Part shown: one piece after another, positions 26,732-39,100 of the stretch
Numbering within the stretch: the first letter of the stretch is position 1
How the letters are laid out: each line of letters begins with the position of its first letter
Assembly (NCBI GenBank): GCA_051362555.1
Contig: CM120646.1
Location: forward strand, 14,880,001 to 14,944,000
DNA length: 64,000 nt
Direction: 5' to 3'
Origin: Lingula anatina
Taxonomy: Eukaryota > Animalia > Brachiopoda
Program-made: the position numbers and the translations under genes
Notes under the pieces: generated by a model
Told to the model about the DNA's origin: nothing
The model's input: only the letters and a program-made list of their open reading frames with translations
Database searches by the model: none

Positions 26732-29267
26732 GAAATCAGACAAATGATTGAAGTCTTATTATGATGTACAACTGCATAATATATAAATTGTAAACCTCAT
26801 AGTTAGCATCAATTTAAGCTGGACTTGTGATTAAAATAAACTGGTAACTTTCAATAGACCAAATTCATTTCAAGCCAGGTGTTTATCTTAACTGTCAGTT
26901 TGACATAAACTGTTTGCCTACAGCATGCTCAATCAGGTCAGTTTAAGCGCAACGGTTAAGCCATTTCAAACATCTAAGCCAGAGGGTCAAGAATGTTCTA
27001 TAAGGAAGAGACTGAAAACATTGATTTCTGGATTAAAAAAGAATACATCTTTTGGAAACTAGAAAGAAAATGAAGAGATAAAGAGACAGGATAAGAAGTG
27101 AGCATGTAAGTGTCTTTCAATTTTGTATTTCTCCATATAATTTACTGATGCACCAGGATCCATACAGCCTTGAACAGTATTCAAATTTAGTCCAGCACTT
27201 TGATTTTTGTTTGTGACTTTAAAAAGTACTTGCATTGCTATTAGGTTTGAAAAGGGTTTGTATTTCACCATTTTTGCCCTTGGTAAAATATTACTTCAAG
27301 CTTGACATATATACAGACAATAATTCACAGATGGGGATAATACCTTTCCCTGAAAATTACTTGAATTAGAGCCTTAATGGTCCTTCAAAGCCAATTGTTA
27401 TTATGTGTCTGTATGAATCCTGGCCAGTGAATTCTGTGATAGAGTTGTTGGAATGACTAAATAATATAGTATTCAGTTGTACAGTACAGTTGTATGGGAT
27501 TTTGAACCCTTTAAAACTGAATCCATGGTCAAGTGTACATGGAAGAACTACTAGTAATTTTGCTATAAATTACTGCACACACAGACACTCACTTGTAAAA
27601 TTTAAAGATATTAGCTTTTGCCTAACTTAGAGAACATGGGGAGATTATCGTATTATATTATAATACACAACTACTAGTATGTATATTAACACAGTGATGT
27701 GGGAAGAGGTATAGTCAAGCATGTAAAAATGTTATGCATATGATGCATATGCATAATAATTCCAGCATTATATTTCAAGTTAAATTTTTAATATTTAAAT
27801 TTGTAGATGCAGCACACTCTTCTTTGATTGTTCAGAAAAAGATGTTGAAGATACACCTAACTAATCGTGCTTTGCCAAAGATCATGCAGGCGCAGGACAG
27901 GAAAGATCGAGAGAGAAAAAATGAAGATTGCATTCATATGACCACTGATTTTATTTGACGAGACAATGTCTGAGATTTTGCCTGAAGGAAGAGACTTTAT
28001 GTGATTTTATAGACTTACTAGTAACTTATCTACTTAATGACAGTTCTTTTGAATTTTAAACACCTTACCTGATATTAATCAAGGGTTTCTGGATTTAAAT
28101 TTAATTTAATGAAGATTTTTTTAAAATTGAAATAATCGTGAATCTTGGATTGGATGAAAAACACTATAATAGTGAAAAAAAAACTGCCCTGACTCCAGGA
28201 ATAAGGTGGGAAGTTCTTACACAGGACTGGTAATAATTTTCTTGACATGAATGATTAAACAATTCATATAAAATACACTTATGATTGTTTAAATTTCATA
28301 TTATTATATTTTTATAAAAAGTTTCTTTGAGATGTCTTTTTGTATCATCCCATTCCCATCACATTATTTAGTTGGTTGAAGGTATTGTTCAGTGTAATGT
28401 TATGAATTAATTAAACAGTTTAAAATATATCACTAATCTTTTTGTTTCTACCGCAACACAGGCAGATCAAGTCCTCTGAAGAATTCATCCATTAATTAGC
28501 TTCCTAATTTTTCAATTATACCTCTGTAGATTTCAGATGCTTAAGATATTTCATCAGGACATTGATCTGCCTGTGCATCAGCCATGTTATTACAGTGCCC
28601 TACTACGTATGTGATTCTGGATAAAATTATTTTGACTTTGGTTCAATGATGTAAATCACTGTGCCCCTGGTTTTAGGTTGGGTCATTAATCATTGTGCAA
28701 ATTGCAGATACCTCGGTGACCAGTTGGCCTACCGTTGGCCCAATGTTAATGCAATGTTGGTTTGAGGTTGGGTAATCGTTGGACCGATGTTGGTTATTAG
28801 TAGAACCAACGTAAAAACACTGTTGGTTACAGGTTGGGTAATTGTTGGGCCAACGTTGAATATTAGTTGGCCCAATGTAGGGCCAACGTAGTTTGGTTGG
28901 GAATATGTTGGCAATGCGTTAGCATTGAAATTGACCAACGTTGGGCCAACGTTGGCCAAATACGTTCAGCCAACCGTTGGCCAAAGTGAGCACTTAGATG
29001 GAAACCCAACGTTGGGCCAACGTATGCATGGTCAACCAAGGCAACGTTGGGCCAACGTTGGCCCAACGTTTGCATGCTATCTGGGATATTTAGGGTTTAT
29101 GATATGTTCTGTTTGTAAAGCATGAGATAAAGGCACAAATAACTATTAAATGCCGGACAGAGAGAGAGAGAGGGAGAGAGAGAGAGAGAGAGAGAGAAAG
29201 GGGGAGTCTGCCTTACCTGTTGCCTACTTAAGCCTAAACAAGACGATATGGATGATACTGAAAACAT
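14533..29267 (-). CDS. HPS6: BLOC-2 complex member HPS6-like protein, 19 coding exons, ~791 aa
   Basis: Exons in transcription order: 29217-29267, 25190-25324, 23033-23128, 22452-22671, 21781-21889, 21399-21558, 20827-20932, 20404-20536, 19614-19758, 19178-19294, 18754-18852, 18396-18507, 17898-17962, 17270-17435, 16529-16656, 16138-16316, 15519-15666, 15267-15325, 14533-14680; GT-AG, open frame of 2376 nt. Colinear matches to human HPS6 as I recall it: GAVDVW~GLAEVW, IYWCER~LVWCEER, VVEEAHNYYK~VFEEACGYYQ, FQSPALVIALLQ~FRAPQALASILQ, PLFEILCRLL~PPFELLCQCL, FYERALECVGE~LYRRALAVLGE, LHLELFQLLL~LRSEIFKLLL. The start codon is the least certain part. Confidence 0.82.
16950..17220. mobile_element. 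MITE-like element with imperfect TIRs in an HPS6 intron
   Basis: gttcaaat..aacatcacacagctggatcgat is mirrored by atcgatccagctagtgtgacatgtttatctgaac; attctcactaa occurs three times internally. Confidence 0.5.
25438..25600 (+). mobile_element. hAT-like MITE fragment (CAGG..GGATCCAG terminus family)
   Basis: Reverse-complement similarity to 36678-36843 (ccagagatatttcctgacag, ttgatccatcttccatttttga, tcttccaaca). Confidence 0.55.
26225..29085. mobile_element. 2.86-kb non-autonomous CMC/EnSpm-type DNA transposon in HPS6 intron 1
   Basis: TIRs cccagatagcatgca(t/a)acgttgggccaacgttgg at both ends and a 2-bp AT duplication (26223-4, 29086-7). Subterminal arrays of palindromic CCAACGTTGG at 26240-26400 and 28720-29070. 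CCC termini with a short TSD fit the CMC group. Confidence 0.82.
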
Positions 29268-29659
29268 TCAGGCGTTTTTATCACAGCTTTGGCATAGTCT
29301 GAATTTTAGTCTCAAATTGACAACTTTGCCGAACAATGGTTCTTTTAAAGTCCCGTTTAATGTAATGAGGACATTAGAAGACCTCACGTAAACTTGTCGG
29401 CCATGTTTACGTCATGTGATCTACTGAACTATGACCTATATTCGACCTACTTACATAAACCGTGCATTCATTTTATTTAGAAATTGGTCCCTCAAAAAAA
29501 AAAAAAAAAAAAAAACATTAACCACTTATATGTCACTTTAAATAAACAGTTTTGTCTTATAACATTAAAAAACACACCTTTACTAGATGTTATGAGAATC
29601 AATGTTTACTGCAATGCTAATGTAATATCGGTGTACAGTTTTTGTAGTTTGCAGACAAA
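29268..29659. promoter_or_regulatory. Bidirectional promoter region shared by HPS6-like (-) and SDHD (+)
   Basis: Divergent ATGs about 390 bp apart. YY1-like cggccatgtt at 29398 and aaaatggcg at 29657; CRE-like ttacgtca at 29407. Confidence 0.6.
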
Positions 29660-32600
29660 ATGGCGTTAAGTTTACTTCGAGCCTCTCGGGGTAAGTTTCG
29701 ATATATCCTCGCCTATACCGTTATTGTCTTACAGTATTCATCTTTGCAAATTGTAACGACAGATATATTTATTTCCTTAAGATACATAACTGTATGGGTG
29801 GTGTCTTCTTTTTAATTGAAAAAGATCACCAACAGAATAAATGACCTTGAGGTGTCCTGAAACTTTGACAAATTGAAACAGATGCTGTGTTATGTGGTTA
29901 TGTAAAGCTTAATAACATTTAGGACGACTTTACAACAAAATATTTTTTAATTGTGAATATTGACCATTTCCTAGGTTTGCCAGTACATCCCCCCCCCCCC
30001 CCCCAACAGCCTGTAACTCTTATTTTTAATGCTTTAGTTAATCAAAACCAATGTACTGTACATGTACATGTACATGTAGGTGGTGACTTTGATATTAATA
30101 AACTGTTTTAATTTCTACAAGTATCAATGTTTCTTACACATTCTGAAATGTTTATGCATGTGCAGGATATATTTATCACTTAACACAATTTCTATTTCTC
30201 CTCAGGGCTGCAGCGTTTTGCCACCAGGCCCCAGCTAGTGACTTTACAACACCAGCCACCTTTAGCTATCCTGTCACGCCATTCAGCACATAACCTTACG
30301 GAAAAAAGTGATCCATGTAAGAAAATCATGTTAATCTGAATTGGAATGGAAAACGTATAATTGACTTATGAACAGATAAATTATGCCGTGGGGGGATGAG
30401 ATCGAAAGGCCTTTTTACATTGGGCATTCTGTCTGAGAGTCCCATATTTATCATTCTATTTTTGAGATATCATACTGGTACCATACCAGGGCTTGTCATA
30501 AACCACTTTCTGGCACTTGCTCTGTTGAGTAAATTGTCTGAAAATCTACTTGCTTCTCTCCAAAATCATTTGAAAAAAAAAATAAGAATACAAAATTTTC
30601 AAATTGTGGGAAAGTGATCCTTAAGCAAATCACCTGCATTTGCAGGCAAGCATATCTTAATTCTGGTTGCCCAACAGCTGAAATCACTTGCATAGGGCAA
30701 GTTACACCAATAAGTATGGCAAGCCCTTCTTGTACTATTAATTACCTTGCTAGTATGCTACAGGATCATTTTCAGTATCTTTTAAGTCGGTGTATTACTG
30801 TTCAGATGAAAGCATTGTTCTCTTGAACACCATAAAAGTATGACAAACAATGAGCAAAGTGTCATTGAGTTAAAATTAAATATTGTACACTAATTGGCTG
30901 TATTGAGTGCTGAAGCTACATTTTAGTTATTCTCTGACATAATAGCTAGGCTGCTGTCAATCTCTAAAAACAGAATGATAGAAGACTGTGACTGCATTCC
31001 CACAGATTTAGATCGATCCATCTGGTTCGACCTAACTCCTTGGGGGTTCACGCTAAATTGCTGTTAGCCGAGCGCGCACGGAAGTTAATTACCCCCATAC
31101 AGCTTTTAGTAGGCGGGACAGACATTTAAGCTGGCTAAGCTGACAGTAATCTAGTGAGACTCCCCACGGGGATAGATAGATTTAAAATCTGTGGGAATGC
31201 AGTCTTTGATAGATCATTGGATGTGAATAGTATGCATGGGACTAAAGTGTATAATCAACAGATTACATTACACATGGTTGTACAGGTCACCTGTCATAGC
31301 ACATTTGATAACAGGACAGAATTAAAGTTTAAAGGAAAAAGAAACTTCATATTTGGAGTAGATTCACACCTAACACATCAACAGATACGTGATGTCAAGA
31401 TTTGAGTATTTTTGGTTACAGTCAGTTTGTTTTGATGATTCCAGAAGTTTAATTAGTATGTTCCAATATATCAGTATTGAATTGGAATGATAGATTGTAC
31501 AGGGTATCTTAATGTTTTTAGCGGCGGTCTATGATCCCAGTGGCGAAATGGACCATGACATTGTGAGCAAGTGGAAAATTGAGCGCCTGTTTGCAGGCTC
31601 CATGATAGCAGTACTGCCGGCAGCCTTTGTCATAGAGCACCCCATCATGAATTACTTAGTGGCAACAGCTTTTATTGTCCATGGTCATTGGTGAGTTCCA
31701 GGCTCAGAATCAGAACAGTGCATGTACTACTAGTAGAATGTTTTGTGGCTATGGTTGATATAGCATGAGATCACAAATCCAATTCCAATGGCCATATGCA
31801 TGCATGCACACACACAGGCACATGTGCATACAAACACAAACACACACACAGGGGGGGTGGGGGGATGTGTGTGTGTGTGTGTGTGTGTGTGAGAAAGAGA
31901 GATAGAGAGAGAGAGAGAGATACATTACTGGTATACATCGTACAATAGACAATGCTCTACAAAATAGACCATAGTTTTTATATAACAATAACAGATCCTA
32001 ACCCAGGCAATATGTCATGGTTTCAGGGGTCTGGAGGGTGTATTTACAGACTACATCCATGGTTACCCCTCAGAGACAGGAAGGAGGCGCTATCCTTGGG
32101 TGAAGTCAGCAAGGATGGTGGTGTTGTACATTTTGACTACGACTTCACTGGCAGGTAACACAGCTCAATTTGTTGTTTAAAAAGGTTTTTGATAATATGA
32201 GGATAAAAAGTTGGAAAGTTATGCGATTTGGTAAATTCTTTAAATTTTCAAATGCCTCCATATTTTTTAACATTGGGCATTTTCAGGATTTATTTATTTA
32301 TTTATTTATTTATTTATTTTTGATGCTAAGAAAATTGTACTTTTTATCATGATGCCAAGTACTAGTAAATTTTCAAAACTGTTGAGAGTTGAGTAAACAT
32401 TGAAATGTTTTTTTATAAAATATTCTGTGATAAGTAAAGAGTTTACTTTGTTTGAACTTAAAACAATAAAGGTATAAATTTAATGGAAAATGATAAATTA
32501 AAATGTTTTTAAGATTATGTTAGTTAGAGCAGTTGCCTATAAGAATCCTTGGACATGTCTCATGATTGGTTTGGAATCAAGTGAAATTATGAGAGGTGTA

Positions 32601-35600
32601 ATAAAAATCATTCAACTAGGCATGATTTGATTTAAGGAAAAAAAAGGAAATTTTAGGGGATCAGTGGACAGTTTGGTTCAATAAAAATATACTTATGATA
32701 ATTTTATACTTACTCAATAAAATCGCAAGATCGTACAATGTAAACACAATTGTTTCTAATACACATAAAAAGGGATTTAAAAGTTAATAAAAAAATACCA
32801 TTTACAATATTGTAATCATGATCCTGCATTCACGTGTGAACAAAAAATATATTTACATAAATGACTGCCTGCCAGCAACTTGTTTTTTTTTTTTTATTAT
32901 TTTTATGTACAGACACAGATGTGTCTGTACATATAGCCATCATCTGCGTCTGTCGTCGCCGTCGTCGCTGTCGCCGTCGTCGCCGTCGCCGTCGCCGTGC
33001 ACTTTTACCGATAACACGATAAGTGGAAAACCATTTTGCCTTTTGATTTGAAACTTGCAGAACTGATGAATATTCATAATACGCAGGTCAAGTTCGAAAA
33101 TCAGCATGATCGGGTCACTCTTAGGGAATTTATGCTGTTTTTTCACTTTTTTCAACATATATGCAGCACCGATAACACGATTAGTGGAAAACCATTGTAC
33201 CTTTTGGCTTGAAACTTACAGTACTGATGAATATTCATAATACGCAGGTCGAGTTCGAAAATCAGCATGATCGGGTCACTTATAGGGAATTTATGCTGTT
33301 TTTTCACTTTTTTCAGCATATATGCAGCACCGATAACACGATAAGTGGAAAACCATTTTACCTTTTGGCTTGAAACTTACAGAACTGATGAATATACATA
33401 ATACGCAGGTCAAGTTCGAAAATCAGCGTGATTGGGTCATTTTTAGTGAATTTAGGCTATTTTTTATTCTCTTTTTTCAGCATATATGCAGCACCGATAA
33501 CACCATAAATGGAAAACCATTTGACCTTTTGGCTTGAAACCTACAGAACTGATGAATATTCATAATACGCAGGTCAAGTTCGAAAATCAGCATGATTGGG
33601 TCATTTTTAGTGAATTTAGGCTATTTTTTCACTTTTTTTCAGCATTTTTGCAACACTGATAACACAATAAATGAAGAGCTGTTTTACCCTTTGGCTTGAA
33701 ACTTACAGAACTGATAAATATTCATAATACGCAGGTCAAATTCGAAAATCAGCACGATCGGGTCACTTATAGGGAATTTATGCTGTTTTTTTTTCACTTT
33801 TTTCAGTATATATGCAACACTGATAACACAATATAAGAAAAACAGATTGGCCAATTGTCATTATACTCACAGGAGGGGCCAATCTTACTAAAACGCAGGT
33901 TGAGTTTGAAAATCAGCATAATCAGTCCATTATTTTAAAAGGTAATGCTGTTTTTTCACATTTCCTCACATTCAATTCTTAGGCATGTTAACAGTCTCAT
34001 TATTGAACTAATAAGATACGTAAATGTGTTTGTTTGGCATTTCCTGCATCTTTACAACATTGTTAGTTGATTTTGTAAAAATGATGGTAAACTTGTTATC
34101 ATGTATTGTGTAATAAAGTGTCAAAAATGGAAATAAACTCATATCATTGCAGTTTGTCAGATGCATTCATCCACTATGTTCAGAATCTCAGAATGGAGGA
34201 AGTTGGGCATTTAAAACTGTTCTGTTGATACTTTTCCCATCTCATCAATTTTCTTCATTGGTCATATAAAAATGGCAGTAAACTGTTTATTTTGTTTTAT
34301 GTTTAAAAAGTGTTAAAAATGGAAATAAACCCATTTCAGAACAGTGCTGTATTGTTTACATTTTGGCATTTTCAATATGTGACTTTGAAGTTCCATGGGC
34401 CTGAAGGCTTTTGCTAGTCACATTTTCTGAATAACCATGATACTAATATTTTATAATTAAAAATTGATGGTCATTATGCTGTAAAACATTATGTAATATT
34501 GCATGAAATTTTGAAGAAACCCCTATTTTGGGCACTGCTCCCATGATGACCATTTAAGGAAAATCATGTCACTTACTGTTCTCAAACTTACAGGAAAGAA
34601 ACATGGGACTAAAATACAGCTCCAGTAGGCAATGCAGTCTGTTTGGTAAATTTTTCTGGCAATTAAACAGTTTTTTGTGAAAATTTAATTTTTCACTTAT
34701 TGGCATTTTCAAGGTGTGACTTTGAAGTTCCATGATCCTGAAGACCTTTGCTTGTCACATTTCCTGAATATCCGTGATACTAATATTTTATAATTAAAAA
34801 TTGATGGTCATTATGCTGTTAAACATTATGTAATGTTGCATCAAAATTTGAAGAAACCCCTATTTTGGGCACTGCTCCCATGATGACCATTTAACAAAAA
34901 TCATGTCAATTACTGTTCTCAAACTTACAGGAAAGAAACATGGGTCTAAAATACAGCTTCAGTTGGCAATGCAGTCTGTTTGGTAATTTTTTCTGGCAAT
35001 TAAACAGTTTTTTGTGAAAATTTAATTTTTCACATATTGGCATTTCCAAGGTGCGACTTAGAACCTCCACGGGCTTGAAGACCCGTGCTAGTCACATTTT
35101 GTGAAAATCCATGACACTTATATTTTATTATTAAAAATCGATGGTCATTATGCTGTTAAGCATTATGTAATGTTGCATCAAAATAGCAGAAAACACAATT
35201 TTTGGTGCTGCTGCCTTGATGACCATTATGGAAAAACCGTGTTACTTATGACTGTCAAACTTTCAAAAAAGAAACACAGGACTAAAATGCAGCCTGAGTT
35301 AGAAAAGCAGTCTAATTGGCTTCTTTTTCTGGAAGTTATACATTTTAGTGTTATATTCATTATCTTTTTTGGCATATTCATTATGGGACTCGGAGCTCCC
35401 ATGGACATGAAGCCAAATGGTAATCATATTTTCTACATGTCCATCCTATTTATAGTCAATAAACAAAAATTGGTGATAATTATTCTCTAATTTATTATGT
35501 AATGTTACATCAAAATTGACAATCTTTTTGCACTGCTACTGCAAACATTATGAAAAGAAAACTGTGCTACTTATTATAATTTTAAACTTACAAGTACGAT

Positions 35601-36122
35601 TTTTAGGATTGGCCTTCAGCTCATGAGAAAACCAGCTCTATCGGATTATCAAGTTTATTGTATTTATGCATTTTTTGTGAAATTTTCATTTTTCTCATTC
35701 TGGCACTTTCTAAGTATAAACTTGAACTCTGATGGGCCTGAAGCCTTATGCTTTTACTTTCGTCTGTGTTACCTGTTGTGCATAAGTTGATGTTGACTGT
35801 GCAGTTAAACATAATGTATTATTGCATCAGGATTGGTAGTCTCCTATTTTGGGCATTATGGTTTTGTGCTTTTCTTAAGGTGTGACTTATGGGCCTGAAG
35901 ACCTTTGAGTGGGTCAGTCTGTAAATTACCCTTGGGTATCACTAGATTAATTTCAGAGTTATAAAGTCATTTGCTTTAATAGGCCATTAAATGAGATTAC
36001 GTAAAGCACACTTGTTGATATTTCCCTGTAAACTCCCAAAGGTAAAGCTCTTTGCTAGATTAATAATAAGGAAGCAGTGATAATTGTGCAGGTAAATTTT
36101 GTTTAATATTGCAAATAAGTTT

Positions 36123-36153
<31 letters not shown>

Positions 36154-39100
36154 CAAACTGGAAGATTAAAAGTTTGAATAGCAGCTTCATTGGAATTATA
36201 TTTACCTCAAGCTCTGCCAAGGAGGTTATATTTTCACCCCTGTTTGTCTGTCATCCACATAACACAAAAAGTTATGGACTGATTTTGCAGAAATTTTCAG
36301 GAACTGTCGGAAGTGGGCCAAAGAGGACAATGATTAATTTTCGGTGGTGGTCCGGATCAATAATCAATCAATTATCAATATAATCAACAATTGCTGCCTT
36401 GGCAGAGGTCTGCACTCTCAAAGTGCTTTTCTAGTTTTGTTGTTTTCCTTTATAATTTTTTCTCAAACACTTGCATTTGTGACTTTTAGCCCCAGGCAGG
36501 CTCTCATCTGCCTGGGGCTCTGCACATTTTCTGTATTTCTACATAAGCAGTTGTATTGTTTTTTATGTTTTTAAACATGATGTAATATTATTTTATGCAC
36601 TGTCATCATTTTTCAAATATTGAGACTTTCATAATGTGAATTTGAACTCTCATGGTCCTGAAACTGTAATCTTATTGAAGGGGTGGATTGAGACCATCTT
36701 CTGGGTCTTCCGGAAGACAGTCAGGTTATTAAGTTTATATTGACTGGTATCTATTTTTTCTGTTGGAAGACCATCAAAATGGAGGATGGATCAACATAGA
36801 TACTTTGTAATACTGTCAGAAAATATCTCTGGGTCCGCTCCTGTTATTGACCATGTTACCTGTTGTGCAAGATTAAAATTCAGTGTTGACTGACAGTGCT
36901 ATTATAAGCATTATTTATTATTGCATCAAAATTGACAAAATGACCTTTTTTGCATCTTTATTTTCTGTTTTTTGTCTGTACATTTGACAGCTTTGCTGCC
37001 TTGTTATATTTGTTCCATCAGTGCCCTTAAGGAAAAGAACATTTCAGCCATTTTAATGCTATGGTCCAATAGGATGTGGTCTTTATTTTCTAGTAAATAA
37101 AATGTTGCCGAGTAACACTTTTTTTTTTTTTTTTTTTTTTTGTTAAATAAATAAATGAGTGATTTTAGATGTATACAGATTTTAAAGTCATTTTTACAAA
37201 CCTTGTGGTGGGCAACATATCCACTGTGCATAGATTGCATTTAAAGGAATACTCTAAAATGCATTATTCAAATCCTGAATCATTTGTTGACCTACATTCC
37301 TGTAACACGCTTACATGTATCTTATTGTTTTAACTCAGTGTTATGATATCTGAGAATGTTGTCTTAACTCGTTTCTTGTTTTAAGAAGGGAGATGACCTT
37401 ATAGTTTTAACAGATGCGGATAAAAAAAATTGTGTTATACTGACACTTAGTGCACCTTTTATGATGTAAGGGTATGCACCTGCTGCTCAAGATAAAAATC
37501 ATAACTTACTCAATGAGATGACAGCTTATTAAGATGAGTGTTTAAGTGAGTAATTGGGAAACTTCTGTGAATAGTAGCAGAGTAAAGGTAGCAGTTAGAG
37601 TAGCAGTGAGTAGCAGTAGTAGAAGAGAGATTCAACTGTTCTGACAGAAAATAATAGAAAATTTGGATGTCCTCCAAAGCAGAGGAAAAATAATTGAGAA
37701 AAATGTAATTGTCGTAACTGAAAAGTTGAAATAATTAGACCAGACAGTTTTGGTCTAAACTTTAAAAGCTAATTCAAAAATGTGGATAAAAAGTCATGAT
37801 ATAAAATTTCTGAATTTAACTATTCATGTTTACTAGTGAAATTTCCTTGAGGGTGTTGTGATAACGTATACCTTAGATGTCACGACAAAAGTGCCATTAA
37901 CTTCAAACGGTCCATAAAAACTTGAAAATATATGTTTTCCTGAATAGCTTTAGGGATATTTAAACAAAATGATAAAGGCATTGGTACCTTGGTTTAACTT
38001 GCTGCTCATAAAGTCATAAAGTACTACAGAGAGAGAACAAAACCCATATTGTTTTTATTTTAGATAAATTGTTGATTAAAAAAACAGCATAGCCATTATT
38101 CAGTTAAAAAGCACCTTAGTATTATATTTTTTTCTTTGTCTTAATTGAGGAAATAGCTTGTTGGTATAAAGTTGGGAATTTGAATTCATCTTTGTGACGC
38201 ACAGTAAGTGTCAGAGATATATTGAGCAAAAAAAAAAAAAAAATTGTTTTCCTGAAAGTGCCAACACGTTTGCCTCAATCTCTTAAATCATTTTCACAAT
38301 AAGTATCCATGTTTAATTGATTTATTTTTAACCGAGTTACATGTTTCCAGCTTGAATTTTACTACTATGGAGATAAAATACCTTTTCTTTTTATATAAAG
38401 GTCTAAACCTTGATGTTGATCTATTTGAATCATTTTTAATTTCATTTATGTGATTACATATAATGAAGTAGAATTAACCAAATGGATCAACTTTACAGGT
38501 TCTGTCATCACCAGTTTTACAAAATTGCCCCAAAGTCAGGTTTAGGTCTGAGAGAAAAGGCAAGGATTTAATGGTGTGGGGGATTGGAGGGGGGTGGGGG
38601 TGGAATCGGGTTCTACACTGGTGGATCTGCACTTGTCTTTACTAGACGTCAGCTGATTTTTTTTTTTTTTACAAAATTTCTTGCACTACAGAATTAGGCA
38701 GAGACTCTCCAGATAAAAGTCTCTTTGGACCAGATATTGCTTGGGTGTATCCTGGAGTTTGCTAAGTAGGGGGGAAGAGAGGCAAGGGTAAAGAATTTTG
38801 GTCAAAGGAAAGAATTGTGCCTTCTGTGCCTTCACCCTCACCCCCCCCCCCCCCCCCCCTTCCTTTAGATCACCCAATGATCTGTCACAGGCCTAAAAAA
38901 TTAAATTCATGAGTCATGTCCAAGTATATCAGTCTGCTCTTTATTGGTATTCTTCATTGTAAAATTCAAATTTTAATTTTTAGTCTAGAAAGACTGGTCA
39001 GTATAAAAAAATGAGACATTTTGGCATGAATTTTAACCCTGCCAATTTAATATGGACACTGTCAGATATATACAGTCTGGCAAAGTGACACTTGACTGGT

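Larger units (their letters stand above)
32901..37005 (+). mobile_element. ~4.1-kb Helentron-associated (HINE/DINE-1-like) non-autonomous element carrying satellite arrays
   Basis: T-run, then subTIR atgtacagacac (32905) with adjacent inverted copy gtgtctgtacat (32921), a (GTCGCC)n microsatellite and tandem arrays. The 3' end has subTIR tgtctgtacat (36973), hairpin gacagc-ttt-gctgcc and terminal ttgtt. Confidence 0.75.

Noticed and set aside
28729-29125. ORFs with repeated NVGPTL/QRW peptides
   Set aside because: Translation of CCAACGTTGG subterminal repeats of the transposon.
32099-32103. Apparent TGA in SDHD exon 4 (pseudogene or selenocysteine)
   Set aside because: Out of frame; the correct frame reads TGG GTG AAG.
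33007-33965. Regular repeats resembling a CRISPR array
   Set aside because: Whole units repeat with no unique spacers, there are no cas genes, and the context is a eukaryotic intron; this is a satellite.
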